Assembly: GCA_024278985.1 (NCBI GenBank)
Contig: JAJRSC010000030.1
Span: 1 to 64,000, forward strand
Source of the DNA: an archaeon
GTDB lineage: Archaea; AGJL01; Methanococci; Methanococcales; Methanocaldococcaceae
Reading direction: 5' to 3'
Length of the DNA: 64,000 bases
Shown: one piece after another, positions 11,103-21,430 of the stretch
Layout: each line of letters begins with the position of its first letter
How positions within the stretch are numbered: position 1 is the first letter of the stretch
Position numbers and translations under genes: made by a program
Notes under the pieces: model-generated
Databases searched by the model: none
What the model was told of the DNA's origin: nothing
The model's input: only the letters and a program-made list of their open reading frames with translations

Positions 11103-12299
11103 ATGATTAAAAAATTATTTATAAATGAAAATATATTTGTTCTTTGGCTAACCACATTTACGACTATGTTAGGAATTGGGTTAATAGCCCCAATAATGTC
11201 AATATATGCAAAAACATTAGGAGCAAGTAATTTAGAAGTAGGGTTAATTTTTGGAAGTTTTGCTTTGGCAAGAACTATAGCACAAATACCTATTGGTTAT
11301 CTTTCGGATATTTATGGAAAAAAGATTTTTATAGTTATAGGAACTTTTTTTTGTTCAGTTTTTACAACATTGTATGCATTTGTTAATTCTATTTTTATGT
11401 TGGTATTGATAAGAATGCTTAATGGTGCTTTTTCATCATTTATTACTCCAGTTGCTGGGGCATATATCTCATTAATTGCACCAAAAAATAAATTAGGAGA
11501 ATATATGGGAATCTTTGGCAGTTCTATATCTTTAGGTTTTGCCTTTGGACCATTAATTGGTGGATTTTTAGCTCAATATATAAATATGAGAGCACCATTT
11601 TATTTTTGTGGAATAATAACATTTATAGCATTTTTGATATGTCTATTTAAATTAAAAAATGTTTATGTTAAAAATGATGAAGTTATATATATAAATAAAT
11701 TAATAATATTTCAAAAAAAGAATATATCAAAAAAGAAATTTAATTTAAAATATCTAAAAGATAAAAATTTTTTAATAGGGTTTATTTTAAATTTATTTTA
11801 TACCTTTAACTTAGCTGGAATTATGAGCTATTTTGCAATTTATGCCTCAAAATACATATCATTATTTTTAGTAGGATTTTTAATATCCTACACAAATTTT
11901 TTATCAGGAATTTTACAAAAAATTTTTGGGAGAATGTATGATAAGGTTGGAAATATATTAATCCTTATAAGTGTTGTTTTAATTTCTTTAGGGATATATA
12001 GTTTATCCTTTAGTAAAACTTTGGCATTGATGTTTTTTTCAATAACTTTAATATCTATTGGTGGAGCAATATTTTCTCCATCTATTAATGCATTAACAAT
12101 GAAAAATATACCTTATGAAAAAAAAGGTATGGCAATGGGATTATTTACAACCAGTTTAAATATTGGCATATTTTTAGGTGCTGTTATATTAGGCTTTGTT
12201 GCTGATAAAATTGGATTGGCAAACATGTATAAAGACACAGCAATCTTTTTTATGATTATTGGGATAACTGGCTATATTTTTATTAAAAAAATAAGGTAG
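11103..12299 (+). CDS. MFS transporter
   Basis: GYLSDIYGKK motif A, about 12 TM segments. Confidence 0.9.
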   Translation: MIKKLFINENIFVLWLTTFTTMLGIGLIAPIMSIYAKTLGASNLEVGLIFGSFALARTIAQIPIGYLSDIYGKKIFIVIGTFFCSVFTTLYAFVNSIFMLVLIRMLNGAFSSFITPVAGAYISLIAPKNKLGEYMGIFGSSISLGFAFGPLIGGFLAQYINMRAPFYFCGIITFIAFLICLFKLKNVYVKNDEVIYINKLIIFQKKNISKKKFNLKYLKDKNFLIGFILNLFYTFNLAGIMSYFAIYASKYISLFLVGFLISYTNFLSGILQKIFGRMYDKVGNILILISVVLISLGIYSLSFSKTLALMFFSITLISIGGAIFSPSINALTMKNIPYEKKGMAMGLFTTSLNIGIFLGAVILGFVADKIGLANMYKDTAIFFMIIGITGYIFIKKIR

Positions 12300-12305
12300 G
12301 ATAAG

Positions 12306-13397
12306 ATGATAAATATTATTTTAGGAACAAGGCCTGAAATAATTAAACTCTCTCCAATAATAAGGAAATTAGAAGAGAAAAATATAGATTTTAAAATAAT
12401 ACATACAAACCAGCATTATTCTAAAAATATGGATAAAATATTTTTTGAAGAACTTAACTTACCTAATCCTGACTATAATTTAAATATTGGCTCTGGAAAT
12501 CATGGAGAGCAGACTGGGAAAATGTTAATAAATATAGAGAAAGTTCTTTTAAAAGAACATCCTGATATTGTTATGGTTCAGGGGGATACAAATACAGTTT
12601 TAGCAGGAGCTTTAACAGCAAGTAAGTTAAAAATTAAAGTTGCCCATGTTGAAGCAGGATTAAGAAGTTTTGATAAAAGCATGCCAGAGGAGATAAATAG
12701 AACTCTAACAGACCATATAAGTGATTATTTATTTGCACCAACAGAAAATGCAAAAAATAATTTATTAAGAGAAGGAATTAAAGAAAATAAAATTTATGTT
12801 GTTGGGAATACCATAGTAGATGCCACTTTAGAAAATTTAAAAATTGCAGAGAATAATGATAAGGCAATATCGTTTTTTAATAGTATTGCTGATGAAGATT
12901 ATTTTTTACTAACTTTACATAGGGCTGAAAATGTTGATAATAAAGAAAGATTATTTAAAATAATAAAGAATATCTTAGATATAACTAAAATTTATGACTA
13001 TAAAATTATTTTTCCTATACATCCAAGGACTAAAAAAAGACTTTTAGAGTTTAATTTATATGATAGACTTAAAAATAACAAAAAAATAAAAATTATTGAA
13101 CCTGTTGGATATTTAAAATTCTTACTTTTAGAAAAAAATGCTTCATTAATATTAACTGACAGTGGAGGAGTTCAAGAAGAAGCATGTATTTTAAGAGTAC
13201 CATGTATAACATTAAGAGATAATACAGAAAGACCTGAAACTGTTGAAGTTGGAGCAAATATTTTAGTTGGAGATAATAAAGATAAATTAATTAAATCTAT
13301 TGATATAATGCTCTCAAAAAAAAGGTTATGGAATAATCCTTTTGGAGACGGAAAAAGTGGAGAGAAAATTATAAATATAGTATTTGATATTAGATAG
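12306..13397 (+). CDS. wecB: UDP-N-acetylglucosamine 2-epimerase
   Basis: GTRPEIIK, HVEAGLRS, DSGGVQEE. Confidence 0.95.
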   Translation: MINIILGTRPEIIKLSPIIRKLEEKNIDFKIIHTNQHYSKNMDKIFFEELNLPNPDYNLNIGSGNHGEQTGKMLINIEKVLLKEHPDIVMVQGDTNTVLAGALTASKLKIKVAHVEAGLRSFDKSMPEEINRTLTDHISDYLFAPTENAKNNLLREGIKENKIYVVGNTIVDATLENLKIAENNDKAISFFNSIADEDYFLLTLHRAENVDNKERLFKIIKNILDITKIYDYKIIFPIHPRTKKRLLEFNLYDRLKNNKKIKIIEPVGYLKFLLLEKNASLILTDSGGVQEEACILRVPCITLRDNTERPETVEVGANILVGDNKDKLIKSIDIMLSKKRLWNNPFGDGKSGEKIINIVFDIR

Positions 13398-13580
13398 AAT
13401 ATAATTATTACAATAAAAGAAAATTGGGTAAAAATAAGTAATAATAGAATATAAATAATTATTCAAATCATAAGTTATATATAGGATTATAATTTATGAT
13501 AAAATTCATTATGAAAATAATATTAAGGGTTATCAATGTTAATAATTATTTATTATTTTCATATTGTGAAGGGGTTATAA

Positions 13581-14276
13581 ATGGTCAGTGCAATGAAATT
13601 AATAGAGATGTTAAAGATTATTGATAACAGAGCTAAATATATGGGTATTAAGCTAACAATGATAAAAAATCTTTTAGAAAAATATAAAGATAACAAAGAA
13701 CTTTTAAAAGAGGTTTTAAAATTAACTGAAGGGACTAAACTACATGAATTAATTTTAGAGGCTTATCCACCATTGGAGGAGCTAAAAAAGGAATTAATGG
13801 AGGAAACATACAAAATGCAAATACAAAGTACTACATCTCCTCATGCTCCTACACAAATAGAAGAACAAATTTATGGATTTGTAGGAACACCAACATTAAT
13901 AGGGTTTATAAAGGAATATTTAAGAAAATATTATTTTGGTAGTCAATTAAAAAAAATTTTTTATGATTTAGGAAAACATTATGCAAATGCTGTTAATATT
14001 AGAAATTATGATGAACTAAAAAATTTTATGGAAAAAGAATTTGGACCAACTACTATAGAAATGTCTGAACCATTAGTAATTACTGTTAAAAACAATAAAG
14101 AAGCTTTAAATTATAAAAGTCCTGAACCAGTATGTTATATAACATCTGGGTTTTTAGCAGGTTGTTTGGAAAATATTGCAAATAAGAAATTTATTATTGA
14201 AGTTGATGAAAGTAAATGTATTGCCAAAGGAGACCCTTATTGTGTTTTTATTGTTAAGAAATCAAGAATTATTTAA
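13581..14276 (+). CDS. V4R domain protein
   Basis: CYITSGFLAG...ESKCIAKGDPYCVF. Confidence 0.85.
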   Translation: MVSAMKLIEMLKIIDNRAKYMGIKLTMIKNLLEKYKDNKELLKEVLKLTEGTKLHELILEAYPPLEELKKELMEETYKMQIQSTTSPHAPTQIEEQIYGFVGTPTLIGFIKEYLRKYYFGSQLKKIFYDLGKHYANAVNIRNYDELKNFMEKEFGPTTIEMSEPLVITVKNNKEALNYKSPEPVCYITSGFLAGCLENIANKKFIIEVDESKCIAKGDPYCVFIVKKSRII

Positions 14277-14393
14277 TATAACTAACTTTTCTATTTTATA
14301 AACTCATAAATACTATAAATAATATTATTACTCTTGTTTATTTTCTAATGAGTCTATTATAAATCATAATTTTATATATAAAAATATATTCTG

Positions 14394-16202
14394 GTGATAT
14401 ATTTGGAGGTAAGAGAGATATTTAAAATTATTCCAGAACTTGAACAAATATTTTCACAAAATAAAGACTTAGAGGTTGTAAGAAAAGAACTTTATACAAC
14501 ATTAAAAGAAAAAGAGTATGAGATAAGAAACAATAAAAAGTTTGAGAATGAGATTGATAGATGGTTATCTCTTTATGCTTTAAATGTATTCTTAAATATC
14601 ATATCTAAACAAAATGAAGAATTAGCAGGTTTTAGTACTTTAGAAATATTACTTAAAGCATATCATAATGAAATTTCTGTTTCTGATGCTTTTTTAGAAG
14701 AATTTAAACATCTTTTTTTAGCAATAAATGGAGAAGCTTGCTATTCAATGGGATTCTTAGGTGAAAAATTAAAAAAAAGAGGATTAAAATTTATTGATTT
14801 TACAAAACTTAAAGGTAGAGATGCAGGAAAGGCAAGAAGTGATTTTTTAGATAATGTTTATTATGTAATGAAAGATTATTTAAAAAAATATCCATCTGGT
14901 TTAGATGAAAAAATAATTATGAAAAGAGAAGAAAACAGAAATAAAATTTTAGAATTTTTTGGGGTAAATATAGAAGATTGGTATGATTATAGATGGCAAT
15001 TTAAAAATATAATCTGTGGAATAAAAGGATTAAAAATTTTACAAGAAATGAGAGAAGAGATTGGGTTATATTTATCAGATGAAGAACTTGAAAATATAGA
15101 GTTAGCAGTTAAAAACAAAATACCCTTTGCAATAACTCCATATTATTTGCATTTATTTGATTTTGATGGAAAAGAAGACTTACCAATAAGAAAACAAGTA
15201 ATACCAACCAGACATTATATAATGGAAATGATAAAAAACAAGGATAAAAGAAATATAGTATTCGATTATATGGGTGAGCATGATACTACACCAGAGGAGT
15301 TAATAACAAGAAGATATGTAACCATTGCTATAGTGAAACCTTATGAATCCTGTCCTCAGATTTGTGTCTATTGTCAAAGAAATTGGTTAGTTAAAGATTT
15401 TGATGAGTCAGCATTTGCAGGTTGGGATAAGATAGAGAAGGCATTAAAATGGTTTGAAGAACATGAATCTATGTTAGAGATTTTAATAACTGGTGGAGAC
15501 CCATTTTCACTAAGTGATTCTACAATAAAGAAAATATTAGATAGAATTAGAAATATTGAGCATGTCATTGGGGTAAGATTTGGAACAAGAAGTTTATTAA
15601 CTGTTCCTATGAGAATAACTGACAGCTTAGTAGAGATTTTAAAAGATTTTAAAGAAGATAAGAGTTTAATGATTTCAACACATGCAGAAAGTTGTTATGA
15701 AATTACTCCAGATGTTAAAAGGGCTGTAAAAAAACTTTCAGGAATTCCTATTTATAACCAGCATGTATTTCATAGGTATGTTAGCAGAAGATTTGAAAAT
15801 GTAGCTTTGAGAATAGCTTTAAAAAAGGTTGGTATAATTCCATATTATTCTTTCTATCCTAAAGGTAAATATGAGCATAAAGATTACCTTATCCCAATAG
15901 CAAGAATCTGCCAAGAAGTTAAAGAAGAGGCAAGACTACTTCCAGGAAGTTTTAGAACTGATGAACCAATATTTAATGTGCCAAAACTTGGAAAAGTTCA
16001 TTTAAGAAGTTGGCAAGATAGAGAGTTAATTGCTATAAAAGAAAATGGTAGTAGAATTTATTTAATTCATCCATGGGAAAAAGGAATTTATCCAACTAAA
16101 TCATATATCTATGAAGATGTGCCAATATTAGAATATTTAAAAAATATGAAAGAAATAGGAGAAGATATTAATGAGTATAAAACTATATGGTATTATTATT
16201 AA
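14394..16202 (+). CDS. KamA-family radical SAM aminomutase, long form
   Basis: CPQICVYC, DYRWQ, ITPYY, ILITGGDP, PKLGK. Confidence 0.88.
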   Translation: MIYLEVREIFKIIPELEQIFSQNKDLEVVRKELYTTLKEKEYEIRNNKKFENEIDRWLSLYALNVFLNIISKQNEELAGFSTLEILLKAYHNEISVSDAFLEEFKHLFLAINGEACYSMGFLGEKLKKRGLKFIDFTKLKGRDAGKARSDFLDNVYYVMKDYLKKYPSGLDEKIIMKREENRNKILEFFGVNIEDWYDYRWQFKNIICGIKGLKILQEMREEIGLYLSDEELENIELAVKNKIPFAITPYYLHLFDFDGKEDLPIRKQVIPTRHYIMEMIKNKDKRNIVFDYMGEHDTTPEELITRRYVTIAIVKPYESCPQICVYCQRNWLVKDFDESAFAGWDKIEKALKWFEEHESMLEILITGGDPFSLSDSTIKKILDRIRNIEHVIGVRFGTRSLLTVPMRITDSLVEILKDFKEDKSLMISTHAESCYEITPDVKRAVKKLSGIPIYNQHVFHRYVSRRFENVALRIALKKVGIIPYYSFYPKGKYEHKDYLIPIARICQEVKEEARLLPGSFRTDEPIFNVPKLGKVHLRSWQDRELIAIKENGSRIYLIHPWEKGIYPTKSYIYEDVPILEYLKNMKEIGEDINEYKTIWYYY

Positions 16203-16220
16203 CTTAAAAGAGGGATATTT

Positions 16221-16622
16221 ATGATATCTGGATACTTAGTTAGAGATGTAATGACAAAGGGAGTTATTGAGGTTCCTTTAGAAACAACTATTAAGGAAAT
16301 TATTGAAATAATGGATAAATATAATGTCTCTTCTGTTATAGTTTCTGATGGAGAACAATTTTGGGGTGTTGTAACTGATACAGACATCTTAAAAAATTAT
16401 CATAATTTAGAAAAAACAGCAGAGGAAATAATGACCCCAAAACTTATAACTGTTAATCCAGATACTCCCTTAGAAAAGGCTATTGAGACAATGGTAGAGA
16501 ATAGAATTCATCATATATATGTAAAATCATCATGTGAGGAAAGAGTTATAGGTGTGTTAAGTTCAAGAGATATAATAAAATTATTTTCAAAACTAATAAA
16601 AGAAAGGCATTTGGAGGAGTAA
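16221..16622 (+). CDS. CBS domain pair protein
   Basis: VRDVMT, GVVTDTD, GVLSSRD. Confidence 0.9.
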   Translation: MISGYLVRDVMTKGVIEVPLETTIKEIIEIMDKYNVSSVIVSDGEQFWGVVTDTDILKNYHNLEKTAEEIMTPKLITVNPDTPLEKAIETMVENRIHHIYVKSSCEERVIGVLSSRDIIKLFSKLIKERHLEE

Positions 16623-16624
16623 TT

Positions 16625-17200
16625 ATGAAACTTTTTAAATATCCAGGGAAAGAGAATACAGATGAAACTCTTAAAATAGCTGTTGAAAGAGCTAAGAAAG
16701 GTGATATAAAAAGTATTGTTGTAGCATCATCAAGAGGAGAAACAGCAAAAAAATTGCTTGATTTATTAAAAAAAGAAAATTTAAATTTAAATGTAGTGGT
16801 TGTTACTTATCATCAAGGTTTTTATGGGGAAGATATTATTTCTATGCCTAAAGAGGTTGAAGAGGAACTTATAAAAAAAGGTGCTAAAGTATTTAGAGGA
16901 ACACATGCATTAAGTGGTGTAGAAAGAGGAATATCTAATAAGTTAGGTGGCTATGGACCTGTTCAGGTTATAGCAGAAACATTAAGAACTTTTGGTCAGG
17001 GAGTTAAAGTTTGTTATGAGATAACAATTATGGCATGTGATGCTGGTTTAATAAAGGCAAAAGAGGAAGTAATTGCTATAGGTGGGACAAGTAGAGGGGC
17101 AGATACTGCTATGGTTATTAAACCAGCAAATATGAACACATTCTTTAATATAGAGGCAAGAGAAATATTATGTATGCCAAGATATAAAAAGAAACAATAA
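16625..17200 (+). CDS. Pyruvate kinase C-terminal-like alpha/beta protein (COG1751-like)
   Basis: [33 protein letters not shown]. Confidence 0.8.
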   Translation: MKLFKYPGKENTDETLKIAVERAKKGDIKSIVVASSRGETAKKLLDLLKKENLNLNVVVVTYHQGFYGEDIISMPKEVEEELIKKGAKVFRGTHALSGVERGISNKLGGYGPVQVIAETLRTFGQGVKVCYEITIMACDAGLIKAKEEVIAIGGTSRGADTAMVIKPANMNTFFNIEAREILCMPRYKKKQ

Positions 17201-17218
17201 AAAAAAGAGGAGATTTAG

Positions 17219-18250
17219 ATGTTATCAAAAATTAAAAATTCATTGAATTCATTAAGAGGAATAACAGAGAAAAAATTAGAAAAGAAAGATGGAACAAAAT
17301 ATATTATGTTTGGAGGTAAGGGGGGAGTTGGAAAAACAACAATGAGTGCAGCAACAGGTGTTTATTTAGCAGATAAAGGATATAAAACAGTTATTGTATC
17401 AACAGACCCTGCACATTCTTTAAGAGACATATTTGAACAAGAATTTGGACATGAACCTACAAAAGTTAAAGGATTTGATAATTTATATGTTGTTGAAATA
17501 GACCCTGAAAAGGCAATGGAAGAATATAAAGAAAAGTTAAAGGCTCAAATTGAAGATAATCCCATGCTTGGTGAATTATTAGAGGAACAACTTGAAATGG
17601 CTGCTCTATCTCCAGGAACTGATGAATCTGCAGCTTTTGATACTTTTTTAAAATATATGGAAAATAATGAGTTTGATGTTGTTATATTTGATACTGCTCC
17701 AACTGGACATACTTTAAGATTTTTAGGAATGCCAGAAATTATGGATAAGTATATGACAAGATTAATTAAAATTAAAAAACAGATGAGTGGCTTTATGAAA
17801 ATGATGAAAAGATTTTTACCATTTGGAGGAAATGATGATGATATTGATTATGATAAGATGCTTAAAGACCTTGAAGAGATGAAACAGAGAATTGTTAAAG
17901 CAAGAAAGATATTACAAGACCCTGAAAGGACAGCATTTAGATTGGTTGTTATTCCTGAGGAGATGAGTATCTTAGAAAGTGAAAGAGCAATGAAAGCTCT
18001 ACAAAAATATGGAATACCAATAGATGCAGTTATTGTAAATCAGTTAATTCCTGAAAATGTTCAATGTGAGTTTTGTAGAGCAAGAAGAAACTTACAATTA
18101 AAGAGATTAGAAGAAATTAAGGAGAAATTTGGAGATAAAGTTATTGCTTATGTTCCTCTTTTAAAAACAGAGGCAAGAGGAGTAGAAACATTAAGAGAGA
18201 TAGCAAATATATTATATGGAGAAAATAAAAATGAAAATCAAAATCTTTAA
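17219..18250 (+). CDS. ArsA/Get3-family ATPase
   Basis: [26 protein letters not shown]. Confidence 0.92.
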   Translation: MLSKIKNSLNSLRGITEKKLEKKDGTKYIMFGGKGGVGKTTMSAATGVYLADKGYKTVIVSTDPAHSLRDIFEQEFGHEPTKVKGFDNLYVVEIDPEKAMEEYKEKLKAQIEDNPMLGELLEEQLEMAALSPGTDESAAFDTFLKYMENNEFDVVIFDTAPTGHTLRFLGMPEIMDKYMTRLIKIKKQMSGFMKMMKRFLPFGGNDDDIDYDKMLKDLEEMKQRIVKARKILQDPERTAFRLVVIPEEMSILESERAMKALQKYGIPIDAVIVNQLIPENVQCEFCRARRNLQLKRLEEIKEKFGDKVIAYVPLLKTEARGVETLREIANILYGENKNENQNL

Positions 18251-18298
18251 ATACACATAAAAATAAAAATTTATTATATAATTTGTTATGGTGAAGAT

Positions 18299-18613
18299 AT
18301 GAAAGATAAAGTATTTTATGGAGAAGGAATGAAAGTAGTTAAAGAATTAAAACCAGAGCTTTATGAGATTCTTGCAAAATTAAATGATGAAGTATATTCT
18401 GGGAAAGTTTTAGATTATAAAACCTTAAAATTGGTTGCTATAGCAATAGTTGCATCAAGATGTGATGAAAAAGCAACTGAAAAACAAATGTTAAGTGCTA
18501 TAAAAGAACTTGGAATTACTAAAGATGAAATAATGGATGTATTAGGAATTGTTTTATTAACCTCTGGAATGCCTGCATATGTTAAGGCAATGAAAATATT
18601 AAATAAATTATAA
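18299..18613 (+). CDS. Carboxymuconolactone decarboxylase/AhpD family protein
   Basis: LDYKTLKLVAIAI...GITKDEI...SGMPA. Confidence 0.8.
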   Translation: MKDKVFYGEGMKVVKELKPELYEILAKLNDEVYSGKVLDYKTLKLVAIAIVASRCDEKATEKQMLSAIKELGITKDEIMDVLGIVLLTSGMPAYVKAMKILNKL

Positions 18614-18668
18614 AATCTTTTTTTATTATTTATTTTCATTAATCATATATTTAAATTTGTGGTGGAAG

Positions 18669-19472
18669 ATGTATATATTTAAAATAGCATATGATGGGAG
18701 ATACTCTTTTCAGCAGCAACCACATAAAGAAACTGTTTGTGATAAAATTTTAGAAGTTTTTTCTGATATATTAAAAGAAAGGAAGATTATTTATAGTGGT
18801 GGAAGGACTGATAAAGGAGTATCTGCCTTAGGGAATTTTGTAGTTCTAAATTTAAAAGAGGAGCCTAATATAAGATATCTAAATTATAAATTAAAAGATT
18901 ATGGAATATGGATTTTAGGTTTTAAAGAGATTGAAAACATTCCAGAGGTAAAATATAGACACTACAGGTATATCCTACCAAATATAAATTACAATGTAGA
19001 AAATATTAGATTAGCAGCTAAGAAGTTTATAGGTAAAAAGAGTTTTCATAATTTTTCAAAAAAAGATAGAACTAAAAATAAAAGCCCTATAAGAGAAATA
19101 TACAGTATTGATATTAAAGAAAATAGTTTCTTTTTGACAATTGATATTATTGGAAAAAGTTTTTTATGGCAAATGGTTAGGAAAATTGTAGGTGCTTTAC
19201 ATTTAGTTGGTAAGGAAATTAAAGAAGTTGAATGGATAGATAAATTATTTAAAACTAATTATAAAGAAGGAGCTCCAACTATGCCAGCAGAGGGGTTAAT
19301 ATTGGTTGAAGCAAAAACAGATATTCAATATAATTATGATAAATACATAATTAATAAATTTAAACATCACTGGGAAAAAGAGTTTTACTATAAAGTTATG
19401 AAAGTTGGAATTAGTAAAACAGTTTTAGAGTTGTGCCCCGGGGGAGCAGAGGAAACTCATCGCGCCGGATAG
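18669..19472 (+). CDS. truA: tRNA pseudouridine(38-40) synthase
   Basis: KIAYDG, GRTDKGVSA, FLWQMVR; tail encoded over an antisense sRNA. Confidence 0.93.
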   Translation: MYIFKIAYDGRYSFQQQPHKETVCDKILEVFSDILKERKIIYSGGRTDKGVSALGNFVVLNLKEEPNIRYLNYKLKDYGIWILGFKEIENIPEVKYRHYRYILPNINYNVENIRLAAKKFIGKKSFHNFSKKDRTKNKSPIREIYSIDIKENSFFLTIDIIGKSFLWQMVRKIVGALHLVGKEIKEVEWIDKLFKTNYKEGAPTMPAEGLILVEAKTDIQYNYDKYIINKFKHHWEKEFYYKVMKVGISKTVLELCPGGAEETHRAG

Positions 19473-19498
19473 CTCGTTCCCCTCGGTTACCCGGGGCA
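19429..19498 (-). ncRNA. Single-hairpin box H/ACA guide RNA
   Basis: gccccggg-taaccg-aggggaac-GA-gc...gc-gat-GA-gtttcctc-tgctcc-cccggggc-ACA: 8-bp basal stem, pocket, K-turn, ACA 14 nt after upper stem. Confidence 0.88.
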
Positions 19499-19554
19499 TA
19501 GGTTTTATATATTATTTATTTTAAAAAATAATTTAAAAATTTTATGGTGATATC

Positions 19555-20202
19555 TTGCAGAGAGTTAGCCCTACAAGGATGGAACTCCTAAAATTAAAGA
19601 ATAAAATAAAATTAGCTGAAAAAGGACATAAATTATTAAAACAAAAAAGAGATGCTCTTATAATGGAATTCTTTCAAATAATTGACTTAGCAAGTGACTT
19701 AAGAGATAAAGTTGAGAAAAAGTTGGAAGAGGCATATAAAGATTTAATATTAGCAGAATTAACAATGGGTAGCTTAGTAGTTAAGGAGATTTCTTTAGCT
19801 GCTAAAAATGATAATTTAAAAGTGGATATGGATACTAAAAATATTATGGGTGTTACTGTTCCTACTTTTGAAATTTATAATGTTAAAAGAAAATTTGGGG
19901 AAAGGGGATACTCTCCTTATGGAGTTAATGCTAAAGTAGATGAAGCTGCTAAGAAGTTTGAGGAGGCTTTAGAATTAATAACAGAACTTGCTGAAATTGA
20001 AACTTCTATAAAGTTGTTAGCTGAGGAAATTATTAAAACTAAGAGAAGAGTAAATGCCTTAGAGTATGTTATAATCCCAAGATTAAAATCTCTTAAAAAA
20101 TATATATCTATGAGATTAGATGAAATGGAAAGAGAAAACTTCTTCAGATTAAAACTTATAAAATCAAGATTAGAGAAAAAAGAAGCAGGAGAAGAATTTT
20201 AA
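19555..20202 (+). CDS. atpD: A/V-type ATP synthase subunit D
   Basis: [28 protein letters not shown]. Confidence 0.95.
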   Translation: MQRVSPTRMELLKLKNKIKLAEKGHKLLKQKRDALIMEFFQIIDLASDLRDKVEKKLEEAYKDLILAELTMGSLVVKEISLAAKNDNLKVDMDTKNIMGVTVPTFEIYNVKRKFGERGYSPYGVNAKVDEAAKKFEEALELITELAEIETSIKLLAEEIIKTKRRVNALEYVIIPRLKSLKKYISMRLDEMERENFFRLKLIKSRLEKKEAGEEF

Positions 20203-20205
20203 AAT

Positions 20206-20592
20206 GTGATTGTTATGTTTAGAGTATTATGTAGATTAAAAGAGATTCATGTTAGAGAAGAAGAATTAAAACATAAAGTAGAGATTTCTGGGGAGGGTTA
20301 TATAGTCCCTATAATTGCTGATGAAGATATTAAAATAAAGAAAAATGAAGTATATCCAGTAAGAATTAAAAAAATTAATATCCCTCCAAAGGCCATGATT
20401 TTAATATGTCCATATGCAAAAAATAGACATGGGCATGTTATTGCCGTTGGAGAAGAAATTCCTTTACCTTTAGATGTAGAAAGATGTTTAGATATTGCTA
20501 CTTTTTTAGCAGTGTTAGATGGAGAAATAAAAAAAGGGGATGTTTTGGCCTCTCTTATAATACTCCCTGCAAAATCAGTTAATAAATTATAA
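20206..20592 (+). CDS. DUF22-like hypothetical protein
   Basis: PIIADED, IKKINIP, HGHVIAV, DGEIKKGD. Confidence 0.6.
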   Translation: MIVMFRVLCRLKEIHVREEELKHKVEISGEGYIVPIIADEDIKIKKNEVYPVRIKKINIPPKAMILICPYAKNRHGHVIAVGEEIPLPLDVERCLDIATFLAVLDGEIKKGDVLASLIILPAKSVNKL

Positions 20593-21384
20593 TTATTTAT
20601 TTTGGGTGTCTATAACTGTATACCCTATTCTATATTTTTCAAGATTTTTAATTATCCTCTCTGCCATTTTTCCAGTTACAAATATAACTACATTAGTACC
20701 TCTTTTTATTGCATTGACAACCCCAGTATTTACTCCAAACCTTATTTCAGGAGTATAATTTAATTTTTTAGCAACTACATAACCTACAGTTCCCATAGTG
20801 GCAACTACATAGTTATCAAGATTTTTAAGATTTTCTTTAATAAGGTTATAATCTACCTTTTTAGAACCACCCTCTATTTCAGGAGGTAGTTTAAAAATTA
20901 TAACTCTACATTCAGGAATTTCAATAATTCCAGATAATTGATGAATAGCCACATCTTCCCCTTTTTTTCCACCAACTAAAACCTTTCCTTTTGCAGATGT
21001 AATTTTATTCTTTGTAGCCCAAACATTTCCCCTATACATATATAAATAAACTTCATCTCCTTCATTTAAATCTTCAGAGGCAATAGCAGGCCATACATCT
21101 TTATATCTATAAAGTGAAGCTCTAATATCTTTAATATAATTGTTTAGTTCATCTACCCAAATTTTAAGTTTCTTAACACCCTTCTCAGTAACAAAGTATT
21201 CTCCTCTTCCTTTACTACATAAATATCCTTCTTTTATCAAATTTCTTATATGCTCTGAAACTGCTTGAACAGTTATACCCAAACTATCAGCTATTTCTTT
21301 CTGCTTTATATGAGGTTGATGATTTAAAATTTCTGCTAATACTTGTAATTCTGTTATATTTCTCTTTTTCAATGATATCACCAA
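20593..21384 (-). CDS. Winged-HTH transcriptional regulator (COG1497-like)
   Basis: QKEIADSLGITVQAVSEHIRNL. Confidence 0.8.
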   Translation of the reverse strand: MVISLKKRNITELQVLAEILNHQPHIKQKEIADSLGITVQAVSEHIRNLIKEGYLCSKGRGEYFVTEKGVKKLKIWVDELNNYIKDIRASLYRYKDVWPAIASEDLNEGDEVYLYMYRGNVWATKNKITSAKGKVLVGGKKGEDVAIHQLSGIIEIPECRVIIFKLPPEIEGGSKKVDYNLIKENLKNLDNYVVATMGTVGYVVAKKLNYTPEIRFGVNTGVVNAIKRGTNVVIFVTGKMAERIIKNLEKYRIGYTVIDTQNK

Positions 21385-21430
21385 AATTTTTAAAATATAT
21401 TGAATATTATGTATTATTTAATTATTTAGG

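Noticed and set aside
19555-20202. atpD separated from the ATP synthase operon
   Set aside because: Same arrangement as I recall for M. jannaschii; not unusual
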